A stretch of 62,769 bases of DNA from an uncultured Enterobacteriaceae bacterium (GTDB lineage: Bacteria > Myxococcota_A > UBA9042): positions 1 through 62,769 of the forward strand of contig CAYHHL010000009.1 in the NCBI GenBank assembly GCA_964356325.1, read 5' to 3'. The notes under the pieces are model-generated. The model did not search any database. It saw nothing but the letters and a program-made list of their open reading frames with translations, and was not told the DNA's origin. This document shows, piece by piece, positions 38,605 through 48,709 of the stretch (positions are counted from its first letter, which is position 1; each line of letters opens with the position of its first letter). Both the position numbers and the translations under genes were made by a program.

Positions 38605-40791
38605 ATGCGCCGGATTGCTTTGAGCCTTTGCCTCCTGACCGGTCTCGCGACTGCCTGCTCGGACGCGCCCGGCGACACCGGCACTGGCATCCCCAACAAC
38701 GGCGTCAAGACCGACCCCGACGCGGGCGCCACCGATCCCGGACTCACCTGCGCCAAGGGCAACCTCGCGTTGGAGTGCCAGCCGCAGATGCTGGTCGTGA
38801 ACGAAAACGGCACTATCGACAACAATGGCTCGGTGCCGATCTCGGCGGGTGACCTCTCACCCGGTCAGATCCACACCGAGAACTTCTCGATCAACAACGC
38901 CGGCAAGGCCGCACTGGGTATCGCGTCGATTACCCTCACCTACGAAGCGAAATCGCCCGACGAGGCGACCGACCCCGCGTTCACGTGCATCGCAGACGAC
39001 AAGGTGAGCGCCTGCAACGGTTTCAAGTTCCCCGGCGTCGCGCCCGGCGGTCCGGCGGTCAACTTCACCATCAAGTTCAAGAAGTTCCCGGACGACGTGA
39101 CGCGCACGGCCAAGGTCGTCATCAGCACCAACGACGTCAAGACCAAGGTCTTCACCATCCATCTGGCGACGTCGGCTGGTCAGGCGCGGATCCAGCTGCA
39201 ACCGCCGATCATCGACTTTGATTTCGTGCAGATCGGCACCAGCCCGAGCCGGAACGCCAAGGTTCTGAGCGTCGGCAACTCGCCCCTGCACGTCGAATCG
39301 ATCGACCGCAGCGCGCTGGACCCGAGCATTTTCAACATCTTGCTGACCGATGACCACAACAAGGCCATCGCCGCGCCGCCTTTCGACATCGCGCCGGGCA
39401 CCAACATCCAGGTCACCGTGGTCTACACCGCCAAGGACGATAAGCCGCACGTCGGTGACATCATCTTCAAGACCAACGATCCCAGCCTGACCCAGGACGG
39501 CGGCGTGGGCTGGAGGCGCTTGAAGGTCAAGGTGAATTCTTCGGGGCCGTGCCTCAAGGTCTCGCCCACCGACGTCGTGTTCGGTGCCACTGCCGTCGGC
39601 GCCGCGCCGGAACGCCCCATCACGCTCGAGAGCTGCGGCGATCAGCAGGTTTGCGTCACCGACATGAGCTTCGACACGCCGCCGGGCCCTGGCTCCTTCA
39701 CGCTAGTCTGGAAAGGCGTCAACGGCGGCGTGGCACCCACCAAGGCGGCGCCGCTGTGCATTCCGATCAACGGCAAAGCGCTGCTCAAGGCCGTCTACAT
39801 GCCGACGCAGTTGAGCAAGAAGGATGGCAGCGGCCAGCCGATTCCGGACAAAGCCTCGGTCACGGTGCATTCGGACAGCGGCAGCGGCGACGCCAAGGTC
39901 ACGCTGCAGGGCGTCGGCGCCAACGGCGACTGCCCGACCGGCATCATCACGGTGGCCGAGGGCGACACGGTCACGCCGCAGACGGTGCTTCATCTCGATG
40001 GCAAGCAGAGTTACAGCACCTCGGGCGGCGCGATCGCGACCTACAAGTGGACGGTCAAGCAGCCCGAGGGCTCGGTGTCGACGTTCCTGCCGGCCGCCAA
40101 CAAGTCCTCGGTCACGTTCCAGCCCAACGTCGCCGGCGACTACAAGTTCCAACTCGCGGTGACGGATTCCTCGGGCAAGCCGAGTTGCTTCCCGGCTGAA
40201 AAGGTCGTGAAGGTGTTGCCGGACCAAGCATTGCACGTGGAACTCTTGTGGAATACGCCCGGTGACAAGGACCAGACCAACGAAGGCCCGGACGCCGGCG
40301 CCGACATGGACCTGCACTTTGCCCATGACTTCGCGGCCATGCCCGACTACGACAAAGACGGCAAGGCCGACCCGTGGTTTTCGGACGCCTATGACTGCTT
40401 CTGGTTCAACTGCGCGACTTCGGGCGGCAAGGCTCTGGAGTGGGGCAGCTACGACCCGAACATCGACGACAACCCGCACCTGGATCGCGATGATACCGAC
40501 GGCGGCGGTCCCGAGAACTTGAACCTGACCTTGCCCGAGGACGGCAAGACCTACGCGGTAGGCGTGCATTACTACAAGGATCATGGCTTCGGTGCCTCGA
40601 TCGCGACGGTGCGTGTCTACGTGTACGGCGACCTGACTTTCGAGAAGACCTCGGCGGCGATGAACCAGAACGATATGTGGTACGCGGCGAGGATTACCTG
40701 GCCCGACGGCGCTGTCTCCGCCATGAAGAATCCCAAGGATGCCTCGCTGCCCTTCTTCATCACGGCGAAGTACCCCGCTCCTGCGCTGTAG
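38605..40791 (+). CDS. Ig/ASH-repeat lipoprotein with DUF2135-like tip (paralog D)
   Basis: ATG 38605 after GAGG; lipobox ATAC; same architecture as paralogs A-C; tip LHVELLWNTP..DMDLHFAH..LDRDDTDGGGPEN..YAVGVHYY. Confidence 0.8.
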   Translation: MRRIALSLCLLTGLATACSDAPGDTGTGIPNNGVKTDPDAGATDPGLTCAKGNLALECQPQMLVVNENGTIDNNGSVPISAGDLSPGQIHTENFSINNAGKAALGIASITLTYEAKSPDEATDPAFTCIADDKVSACNGFKFPGVAPGGPAVNFTIKFKKFPDDVTRTAKVVISTNDVKTKVFTIHLATSAGQARIQLQPPIIDFDFVQIGTSPSRNAKVLSVGNSPLHVESIDRSALDPSIFNILLTDDHNKAIAAPPFDIAPGTNIQVTVVYTAKDDKPHVGDIIFKTNDPSLTQDGGVGWRRLKVKVNSSGPCLKVSPTDVVFGATAVGAAPERPITLESCGDQQVCVTDMSFDTPPGPGSFTLVWKGVNGGVAPTKAAPLCIPINGKALLKAVYMPTQLSKKDGSGQPIPDKASVTVHSDSGSGDAKVTLQGVGANGDCPTGIITVAEGDTVTPQTVLHLDGKQSYSTSGGAIATYKWTVKQPEGSVSTFLPAANKSSVTFQPNVAGDYKFQLAVTDSSGKPSCFPAEKVVKVLPDQALHVELLWNTPGDKDQTNEGPDAGADMDLHFAHDFAAMPDYDKDGKADPWFSDAYDCFWFNCATSGGKALEWGSYDPNIDDNPHLDRDDTDGGGPENLNLTLPEDGKTYAVGVHYYKDHGFGASIATVRVYVYGDLTFEKTSAAMNQNDMWYAARITWPDGAVSAMKNPKDASLPFFITAKYPAPAL

Positions 40792-40852
40792 TCTTCCGGT
40801 TCGAGACTCTACCCTTTGTATCAAGAAGCCACGTTCATTCGAGAGGTTGTCC

Positions 40853-43800
40853 ATGTTGCGGATTCGCGCTGCGGTCTGGGCCCTTGTGATGGCGGGTGGC
40901 GCTGCCGCGACCAGTTGCTCTGACACGAACGACGGCAACAACGGGGGAAAACCGGGCACTTCCGGCTGTACTGGCACGTTTTGCGTCGAAGCGGACCAGC
41001 GGCCATCGACGATTCCGGACAAGCTCGTATTCACCGACCTGGCCGCGGGCGAGGAACAGACGCTCGAGCTCAAGGTGGCCAACATCGGCAGTCGCGGCAC
41101 GCTGCAACTGACGGGCGTGTCGTTCTCGCCCCCGACCGACGAGTTCAAAGTCACGGACTTCGTGCTCAAGAACCTCACGCCCGGCCAGTCCGCGGTCCTG
41201 CACGTGACCTACACGCCCAAGGTGACGGGGGCGCGCAACCTGAACCTGATCCTCGACAACAACGCGGTGAATCTGACCCAGCAGCACTTCCCGGTGCCGG
41301 TCGTGGTCATCGCGGGCGGGTCGTCGCTGCTCATCCAGCCCTCGCCGGTGGATTTCGGCAACATCGCCGGCAAGACGGGCATGGATAAGACCGTCAACAT
41401 CTTGAACATCGGCGATCAGCCCATGCAGTTGGCGACGGTGCAGCTTTCGCCCACCGGAAGTGCGGACTTCACCCTGCCAGTGGCCGTCGACGTGAAGACG
41501 CCGATCGAAGCCGGCATGTCGCGGCCAGTCGTCATTCATTACGTGCCCTTGGACGGCGACCAGGACACGAGCAAGCTGCTAGTGGAACTGGCCGATGGAC
41601 GCAAGGATTCGGCGCTGGTGCTCGGCGGCGAGATTGCCCCAGACATCGTTGCGATTCCGCCCAAGCGCGACTATGGCTCGGTGACTTCGGGCAGCGATGC
41701 GGTGACCACGATCAAGCTGCTCAACCAGGGCCAGGCGCCGCTGCACATCGAGAAGATCGAGGTGGTTTCGCCGGCGCTGAAGAATTCGACCTTCGAGCTG
41801 AGCAACTTGGGGCCGATCGACCTGGCCGGCAAGGCGGACGTGCTGCTGACCGTGACGATGCACTGCAAGGAGGCGCTGCCCAACAACGGCTCGCCGCTCG
41901 CGAATCTCGAAGTGCATTCGAACGATCCGGGCACGCCGGTGCTGAAAGTGCCACTGTTCGGCCACACCGACGCGGGCAGCCTGAAGGTGACGCCGAGCGA
42001 CGTGGTGGACTACGGTTTCGTGGGCAAGGGCGTGAAATCCAAGAAGAAGGTCGAGCTGTTCAACCAGGGCACCGCGCCGATCGACGTCAACCAGCTGACC
42101 ATAAGCGATGATGCCGGCAAGGAGTTCACCATCGTGCCGAGTGCGTTCAAGCCGGCGAGCCCGACGCCGGGGACGCAGGCGCTGGACGCCGGCAAGTACG
42201 ACGCTTTCGAGGTCCAGTTCGAGGCGAAGGGAGCGCCGGAAGCGGCTGCGACTGCCAAGCTGCACATCCTTTCGACCGATCCGCAGAAGCCCGACTACAT
42301 CCTGGAATTGAAGGCGATGCGCAAGAGCCTCGCGGAATGCAGCGTGACCCTGGTGCCGGTGCCTCTGAACTTCGGTCTGCTGGCGTATGGCACGTCCAAA
42401 ATCCTCAAGCTTTCCGTGCAGAACAACGGCTCGGGCTACTGCAGTTTCGACTCGGCCAAGCTGACCGACTGCAAGGCTCCGGTCTCGCTGCCCGGCTTGC
42501 CGCCCTCGGGACCGATCACCTGTGTCAGCGGCGGCTCGACCAAGTTCAAGACCTTCGCGCCGAGTACCAAGCTGTTCGACCTGGGCCCAGGCGATGTCGG
42601 TTCCATCCAGGTCGAGTTCGACGCGCCAGAGACGTTGGAAGGCTTCCTCGGTCTGCCGGGCGGCAAGCCCAACGAAGTGACGCCCATGCAGGGGCTGATC
42701 GTGCTGCAGTTCAAGGACACGTTGTCGGGTGCGATCAAGCACTTCCCGGCGGTCGACATGGCCAGCCCGGCGCAGTTGGCCAAGGCCGCGCCCAACCTGA
42801 TCGCCCAGGTCGGCAAGGCGGACGTGCAGGTTCTGCCTGATCACCTGGAGTTCGGCATCGTCACAGTCGGCTGCAAAGCGGCACCGCAGGAAGTCTCGGT
42901 CTACAACACCGGCTCCACGGAAGCCGCGGTGACCAAGGTCGAAATGCAAGGCTGCGGCCCGGAAATGGATGCGGTGGCCTGGCCGGCGATCCCGAAAGGC
43001 ACGGGCCTGCCCATCACGACCGCGACGCCCGCGCACTTCAAGGTCCAGTACGCGCCACAGAATGTGGGCAAGGATCAATGTTCGTTGGCGATTACCACGG
43101 ACTTGTTCGGCGTGTGCGCGGACAAGAACGGCCAGCAGACCGGCGTCAGCTGCGGTGGCGCCCCGTCCAACGTCTGCAAGAACGCAGGCGAGTGGTGCAT
43201 GGGCCAGCAGTTTACCGTGCCGCTCATCGGCGAGGGCACGCTGGACACTGAGTTCACGGATGTTTTTGACCAGGGCACCGGCAAGAAGGTGGACGTCCTG
43301 TTCGTGATCGACAACTCCGGCTCGATGTCGAACAAGCAAAACGAACTGGCCAAGAACTTCAAGGAGTTCGTCAAGATCGCCACACTGTGGAACAACGACT
43401 ACCACATCGGCGTGGTGACCACGGACGTCGGCGACCCTGGCCAGAGCGGCAAGTTGATGCAGACCGGCGGCGTGCGCATCGTGACCAAGGGGGACCCGGA
43501 TCCGACTGGCAAGCTGCTCAACCTCGCGAATCAAGGCGCCAATGGTTCCGGCGACGAGCAGGGCCTGGAGGCGGCGTACCTGGCGTTGAAGCTGCCCCTG
43601 ACTGCGGACACGATGAAGCCTTGCACGGCCGACAAGGACTGCGGCGGCGGCGGCGCGGAATGTGTGCTCAATCCCGACGACGGCAAGAAGGCGTGCGGTG
43701 GCCACAACCGGGCGTTCCTGCGCAAGAACGCCGCGCTGGAGATCGTGGTGTTGTCCGACGAGGAGGACAGCTCGCCCAGCAAGCCGGACTTCTACGCCAA

Positions 43801-44227
43801 CTATTTCTATTCGATCCACGGCACTGGCAACAAGTCGCTGTTCCACTTCCACGCCATCGCCGGCGACCCCAACTCGGGCTGCAAGAGCAACGGCGGCGCG
43901 GACGCGGGCAATCGCTACTATGACATCGTGCAGAAGACCGGCGGCAAGTTCGGCAGCATCTGCGCCCCGGATTACGCGCAGTTCCTCAAGGACATCGGCA
44001 ACGCGGCCTTCGGCTTGACCGAGCAGTACTTCCTGACCCGCACGCCCGAGCCTTCGACCATCGACGTGAAGATCAACGGCGTGCCGTGCGCGTTGGCCGG
44101 CGACTCGTGGTCCTATGACGGCGCGTCGAATTCTGTAAGCTTCGTGCCGGCTGCCAAGGGCGGCAAGTGCATGCCGCAGAAGGGCGACAAGATCGCGATT
44201 CACTACAAGATGCTGTGTTTCCCTTGA
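40853..44227 (+). CDS. Multi-Ig/ASH-repeat lipoprotein with C-terminal VWA-like domain
   Basis: ATG 40853 after GAGAGG; lipobox ATSC; about six repeats of the type DFG.I....K...I.N.G; tip VDVLFVIDNSGSM..YHIGVVTTD..GDEQGLEAA..IVVLSDEED. Confidence 0.8.
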   Translation: MLRIRAAVWALVMAGGAAATSCSDTNDGNNGGKPGTSGCTGTFCVEADQRPSTIPDKLVFTDLAAGEEQTLELKVANIGSRGTLQLTGVSFSPPTDEFKVTDFVLKNLTPGQSAVLHVTYTPKVTGARNLNLILDNNAVNLTQQHFPVPVVVIAGGSSLLIQPSPVDFGNIAGKTGMDKTVNILNIGDQPMQLATVQLSPTGSADFTLPVAVDVKTPIEAGMSRPVVIHYVPLDGDQDTSKLLVELADGRKDSALVLGGEIAPDIVAIPPKRDYGSVTSGSDAVTTIKLLNQGQAPLHIEKIEVVSPALKNSTFELSNLGPIDLAGKADVLLTVTMHCKEALPNNGSPLANLEVHSNDPGTPVLKVPLFGHTDAGSLKVTPSDVVDYGFVGKGVKSKKKVELFNQGTAPIDVNQLTISDDAGKEFTIVPSAFKPASPTPGTQALDAGKYDAFEVQFEAKGAPEAAATAKLHILSTDPQKPDYILELKAMRKSLAECSVTLVPVPLNFGLLAYGTSKILKLSVQNNGSGYCSFDSAKLTDCKAPVSLPGLPPSGPITCVSGGSTKFKTFAPSTKLFDLGPGDVGSIQVEFDAPETLEGFLGLPGGKPNEVTPMQGLIVLQFKDTLSGAIKHFPAVDMASPAQLAKAAPNLIAQVGKADVQVLPDHLEFGIVTVGCKAAPQEVSVYNTGSTEAAVTKVEMQGCGPEMDAVAWPAIPKGTGLPITTATPAHFKVQYAPQNVGKDQCSLAITTDLFGVCADKNGQQTGVSCGGAPSNVCKNAGEWCMGQQFTVPLIGEGTLDTEFTDVFDQGTGKKVDVLFVIDNSGSMSNKQNELAKNFKEFVKIATLWNNDYHIGVVTTDVGDPGQSGKLMQTGGVRIVTKGDPDPTGKLLNLANQGANGSGDEQGLEAAYLALKLPLTADTMKPCTADKDCGGGGAECVLNPDDGKKACGGHNRAFLRKNAALEIVVLSDEEDSSPSKPDFYANYFYSIHGTGNKSLFHFHAIAGDPNSGCKSNGGADAGNRYYDIVQKTGGKFGSICAPDYAQFLKDIGNAAFGLTEQYFLTRTPEPSTIDVKINGVPCALAGDSWSYDGASNSVSFVPAAKGGKCMPQKGDKIAIHYKMLCFP

Positions 44228-44329
44228 TGTTCGCCGTGTTTCTCGTTGAGTTTCGCTTTGAGATTCAGCGGCTTCCCTGAAGGGAGGCGAACGGGGCGAC
44301 ACAGACAGGGGCAAGTTCCAGGAGGCAGG

Positions 44330-46324
44330 ATGGCTCGGCGAATCACTCTGGCAACGGCGTGGCTGGCACTGGGAGCGCTGAGCGTTCCCGTGGTTGCATG
44401 CAGCAATACCGACCAGTTCGAAGTGTCCTATCCGCCGACGCTGGAAGTGCGCCTGGACGACAGCGTTGCGCCGTTGAAGACCACGCCCACCGACAAGGAC
44501 TGTTTCAAGTTCGATCAGTCGGATACCGGCGAGACCGTGACCTTCACCAAGGTCGTGAAGATCAGGAACAACGGTCACGCGCCACCGGAAAAGCTGCTCT
44601 GCGTCAAGCAGACCTGGGCGACGTCCACGCCGCAGACCCAGCTCAAGATGGCGGTGGTCGGCAGCAAGACCGTCGACGAGAAGATCTGTCCGGGCGGCTT
44701 CGTATTGGCGCCGAACGCGACGCTGGTGCTGAACGTGACCTACACGCCCAAGCCCGACGAACTCGCCGAGGGTACCGGCACGTTGACGCTCACCCACAAC
44801 GGCAACAAGCAGCTGACGCCCGCGCGTTTCTGCTTTGGCGTCAATAGCCTGGCTGCGCAGGTCAAGCTGTCGCAGGCCGAGGACAAGTTCATCAACGCCA
44901 GTACGTCCAACCCGCCGGAGCACTGCTACCAGATCTACAACACCGGCAATGCCCCGCTGATCTTCAAGAAAGCGCGTTTCGGTACGGCCAACAGCCAGTA
45001 CACGATTACCAAGACGCCGAACGAAGGCGACCAGATCCCCGGCAAGGGGTCGCCGGACAACCTCGACGGCCAAGCCAAGCTCGAAGTGTGCGTGCGCTAC
45101 GATCCGAACAAGACGCCGGATGACGAGGACGTGACGCTGGAAATCCTGACCAACGACCTGACCAACGCGACGGCGCCGATCAAGATCACCGCGACCACCG
45201 AGGCGGGCGGCTACACCTTGTCGTGCAGTGCCAACAATCTCACGGGCTTCGATTTCACCGGCAGCAACGTGGCCAAGCCGCAGACCTGCATCGTGACGGT
45301 CGAAGGCCAGGCGCCGTTCAAGTTCTCCAGCGAAGAGGTCGTGGCCGAGGATCCGAACCAGGACGCGGCGGCCAAGGCGGCGTACTCGTGCGTGAAAGAG
45401 TATCCGCAGGGCAGTGAGGTGGCGGGCGTGCTGGCCGTGCCGCCGGGCAAGTCGGGCTACATCGTGTGCAAGTACAAGCCGGCCCTGGATGGCAGCGCGC
45501 CGCCCGCGGCCCACCTGCTGGTCTCCTATACCCAAGCCAACGTGCCGAACTCGTTCTCGCTGCCGATCGTAGCGGGGACTTGTGACATTCCTTCGCTTTC
45601 GATGGCGCCGGACGCTTCGCTGCAGCTGTGGTTCCTGGCCTCGGTGGGCAAGTCCGCGACCAACATCGCGATCGTGGCCAACCAGAGCTGTGGCGCCCTG
45701 CAACTGGTCCAGGCCTGCGTGACCACCGCCAACATCTCGAGCGAGAACGCGTGCGACAACCCGGCGTTGGCGTCGACAGACTACTCGGTGGCGCTGCTGA
45801 CCGGCGGCAAGCCTGGGCCGTTCAGTCTGGTGAGCGTGCCGCCGTGGGGCTTGCAGCAGTTGCAGATCACCTTCAAGCCGTTGACCCTGAAGCAGAACAA
45901 CTTGGCGCTGATGCACCTGCGCTACTGCTCTGGCAAGTGGGACGCCGCGGCCAAGCAGTGCGTCGGCGGTCAACTCGTGACGCAAAAGCTGACCCTGGCG
46001 GGGGCGCAGGACGCGGCGTTGAAGGCGCCGGTCTTCAAGCTCGACTCGCCTGGCGACGTGACGGTGGGCAAGCCCGCGGTGATCACCGGCAAGGTCACGG
46101 AGAACGCTTGGGATGCCAAGAACTTCGTGTGGTTGGTGAGCGAGCGCCCGGCCGGTTCCGCGGCTTGGCTGTACGGGGTGACGACGGACAAGCCCGCGTT
46201 GACGTTCGTGCCGGACAAGGCGGGCCACTACACGTTGGTCGGCATGGCCCAGACGTACGACGACGCTGATCCGAGCAAGATGGCGTGGAGCGCACAGGCG
46301 ACCGTCAGCTTCGACGTGAAATAG
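44330..46324 (+). CDS. Ig/ASH-repeat lipoprotein ending in a PKD-like domain
   Basis: ATG 44330 after GGAGG; lipobox VVAC; repeats with KIRNNG, QIYNTG and IVANQSC; terminal W.VSERPAGS..LTFVPDKAGHYTL like the PKD-like domain of paralogs A-D, but with no tip domain. Confidence 0.7.
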   Translation: MARRITLATAWLALGALSVPVVACSNTDQFEVSYPPTLEVRLDDSVAPLKTTPTDKDCFKFDQSDTGETVTFTKVVKIRNNGHAPPEKLLCVKQTWATSTPQTQLKMAVVGSKTVDEKICPGGFVLAPNATLVLNVTYTPKPDELAEGTGTLTLTHNGNKQLTPARFCFGVNSLAAQVKLSQAEDKFINASTSNPPEHCYQIYNTGNAPLIFKKARFGTANSQYTITKTPNEGDQIPGKGSPDNLDGQAKLEVCVRYDPNKTPDDEDVTLEILTNDLTNATAPIKITATTEAGGYTLSCSANNLTGFDFTGSNVAKPQTCIVTVEGQAPFKFSSEEVVAEDPNQDAAAKAAYSCVKEYPQGSEVAGVLAVPPGKSGYIVCKYKPALDGSAPPAAHLLVSYTQANVPNSFSLPIVAGTCDIPSLSMAPDASLQLWFLASVGKSATNIAIVANQSCGALQLVQACVTTANISSENACDNPALASTDYSVALLTGGKPGPFSLVSVPPWGLQQLQITFKPLTLKQNNLALMHLRYCSGKWDAAAKQCVGGQLVTQKLTLAGAQDAALKAPVFKLDSPGDVTVGKPAVITGKVTENAWDAKNFVWLVSERPAGSAAWLYGVTTDKPALTFVPDKAGHYTLVGMAQTYDDADPSKMAWSAQATVSFDVK

Positions 46325-46405
46325 CGGCCGGAATCCGCAGCCCGCTCCGTTCCTCGCCACAAGCCCACCTCTCCGCTATGCTTCAGGCATTCGGCGAGGT
46401 CATCC

Positions 46406-47734
46406 ATGCACGACGACGGCCCGGCGCAGGTCGGCTTGTGGAACGAGACGGCAACCCTGCGCGGATGCATCACTTGCGCGCCAGGCACCGAGTTCGACCG
46501 CATGGCGCCGCGTCACATCGAATCGGTCGGTGTCGACGCCCGGGGCCAATTCGCAGCCAATCCGGACTACCTGCTCTTCGACGATCTGGTGCTGCTGCCG
46601 CTGCTGCAGTCCGAGCACACCCAACTAGTCGAAGTCATTCGCGCCGTCACCGGTCCACAGCACAGCCACGACTTGCGCACGATGCTGCAGCAGGTGGTCG
46701 CCGATCACCGCGTCGCCGGTCGCGTCGTGGACGAAGTACTGGAGCTCGAGCGCCAGTGGGGCCGGCTGCCCCGCGTGGTCGAGAACGCCCGCCAACGCCT
46801 GCGCGATCTGCCCCCGGCTGAATTGGTGCATGCGCTGATGTCCGGCGCCGACCCGCACACCGATGCCGATCTGCTGTCCTGGCCGATGCCCAACTGGATG
46901 TTCGCGCGCGATGTCTGGGCGGCCGTGGGCGACGCGATCGTGGTCGGCTACCCACGGCCAAGGGCGCGAAAACGGGACGGTGTGCTGGCCCGGGCGCTGC
47001 TGGACCACCACCCGCTGCTGCGCGACGTGGTCAAGCTCGACCTGCGCGCCGACCAACCGGGCCTGGCTTCGGACGAGGATCGCGACCTTCGCTGCGTCGA
47101 GGGCGGCGATGTGCTGGTGGCGGCACCGGATATCGTGCTGGTCGGCATCGGCGTGCGCACCACGGCCTCGGCGGCCCTGGCGCTCGCGGGTCTGCTGCAC
47201 GAACGGGGCGTGCGCACTGTGCTGGGCGTGCACCTGCCGCAGCGGCGCGCGACGATGCATCTGGACACGGTCTTCACCATGGTCGATCGCGACGCCTGCC
47301 TCCTGCACGGCGAAGCCTTCGATCCTGCGTCGGATCCCTTGGATCGGGTGCGCATCGTCGACCTGCGCGAGCCCGAGCGCGACCTCGGTTGCGATCTGCC
47401 GGCGTTGCTGACTGAACTGGGCATGCCGCTTCAGGTCATCCGCTGCGGCGACGGCGAGCCGAGGGCGGCGGCGCGCGAGCAATGGTCCGACGGTGCCAAC
47501 GCCTTCTGCCTGGGGCCGGGACGCATCCTGCTCTATGCGCGCAATTCCCAGACCTTGCGTGCGCTGAACCGTGCGGGCTTCGAAGTGATGACGCCGGCGC
47601 ACTTCATCGCCAACGCCGACTTGTGGATGACCGGGCAGCGGCGCCTGGCGGTGGCGTTGACGGGCGCCGAACTGTCGCGCGGTCGGGGCGGTCCGCGCTG
47701 CCTGACCTTGCCGATCGCGCGCGCGCCGACTTGA
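46406..47734 (+). CDS. arcA: Arginine deiminase family enzyme
   Basis: MFARD, VEGGDV, MHLDTVFTMVD, EQWSDGAN, ELSRGRGGPRCLT (catalytic Cys, His and acidic residues present). Confidence 0.85.
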   Translation: MHDDGPAQVGLWNETATLRGCITCAPGTEFDRMAPRHIESVGVDARGQFAANPDYLLFDDLVLLPLLQSEHTQLVEVIRAVTGPQHSHDLRTMLQQVVADHRVAGRVVDEVLELERQWGRLPRVVENARQRLRDLPPAELVHALMSGADPHTDADLLSWPMPNWMFARDVWAAVGDAIVVGYPRPRARKRDGVLARALLDHHPLLRDVVKLDLRADQPGLASDEDRDLRCVEGGDVLVAAPDIVLVGIGVRTTASAALALAGLLHERGVRTVLGVHLPQRRATMHLDTVFTMVDRDACLLHGEAFDPASDPLDRVRIVDLREPERDLGCDLPALLTELGMPLQVIRCGDGEPRAAAREQWSDGANAFCLGPGRILLYARNSQTLRALNRAGFEVMTPAHFIANADLWMTGQRRLAVALTGAELSRGRGGPRCLTLPIARAPT

Positions 47735-47746
47735 TCGCCGCTTCGC

Positions 47747-48709
47747 CTACGGCAGGCTCGGTGTCGCGTCCCTCGGCAGATTCTCCATGGCCTGACAATG
47801 GGTTTGCGCGCACCACTGCCGCCACGCCGCCGCGTCCGTGTAGGTCAGGCCAGTCAACTGCTGCAGCGCCGTCATGGCGTGCTCCGAGATGGAACGCACG
47901 GTATCTCCTGACAGATCGGTCAGCGCCGGCTCGTAGCCATGCACCGGTCGCGCCGCCATCGCCCGCGCCGCCTGCCGCCTGGTCGTGAAGCCGGGATGCC
48001 GGGCCAACAGCGGCAAAACCGTTCGACAATCCGGGGCTTCCTCGCGCATGCACAGCTCGGCCGCCCAGGTCAGCGCCGGCCCCGCCATCTGCTGACCGGA
48101 AAGTACCCGCAGCTGCTGGAGGAACTGCTCGCCCGCGGCCACGTCGCCCCACCGGTGCAGCGCCCACAGTGCGGTCAGGCGGGGCGGCGCGAGCCAGGGC
48201 GTCGTCGCCTCCTTGGCGATATGCTCGAAACGATTGCGCAAATTCTTCGCGTCGAGCAGCCCCAGGCCCCAGATCGCGTAGGCCTTCGCTTCCGGATCGC
48301 GATCCTGCAGCACGTGCACGAGAAACGCTTGGGCCGACGGATCCCGCAACTGCGCGATCGTGCGCACGGTTCGCGTCCGGTAGCTGGCCTGGGGTGGCGC
48401 CTGCTGGAACAACTGCTCGAGGTAGGGGCGCGCCGCCCAGCCGTATTCCACCAACGTCTGCTCGGATTTGCAGCCGGAAATGCCATTGCACTGGAACTTG
48501 TCGCGAAACTGGCGCAAGGCCTCGCGCAGGCCCTCGTCCATGGCGTCGGGATCGCGGCGCAAGGCTTCGTCGTGCGGCGACACGGCGACGGCGGATCGGC
48601 TGCCGGCGTCGACCGGCTGGCTTGTCGGCATGGGGCGCGAACAGCCGAGCGCGCAGGCGATCGCGATCAGGGCCGGCAGATAGACTCGCCTTGAATCAAT
48701 AGGGTGCAT
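47747..48709 (-). CDS. HEAT-repeat lipoprotein
   Basis: ATG 48709 after GGAG; lipobox ALGC; helical repeats (LVHVLQDRDPEAKAYAIWGLG, LLARHPGFTTRRQAARAM). Confidence 0.65.
   Translation of the reverse strand: MHPIDSRRVYLPALIAIACALGCSRPMPTSQPVDAGSRSAVAVSPHDEALRRDPDAMDEGLREALRQFRDKFQCNGISGCKSEQTLVEYGWAARPYLEQLFQQAPPQASYRTRTVRTIAQLRDPSAQAFLVHVLQDRDPEAKAYAIWGLGLLDAKNLRNRFEHIAKEATTPWLAPPRLTALWALHRWGDVAAGEQFLQQLRVLSGQQMAGPALTWAAELCMREEAPDCRTVLPLLARHPGFTTRRQAARAMAARPVHGYEPALTDLSGDTVRSISEHAMTALQQLTGLTYTDAAAWRQWCAQTHCQAMENLPRDATPSLP

Noticed and set aside
41579-46360. 1593-aa minus-strand ORF spanning two genes
   Set aside because: Antisense shadow of the plus-strand stalk lipoproteins; open reverse frames are common in high-GC3 genes.
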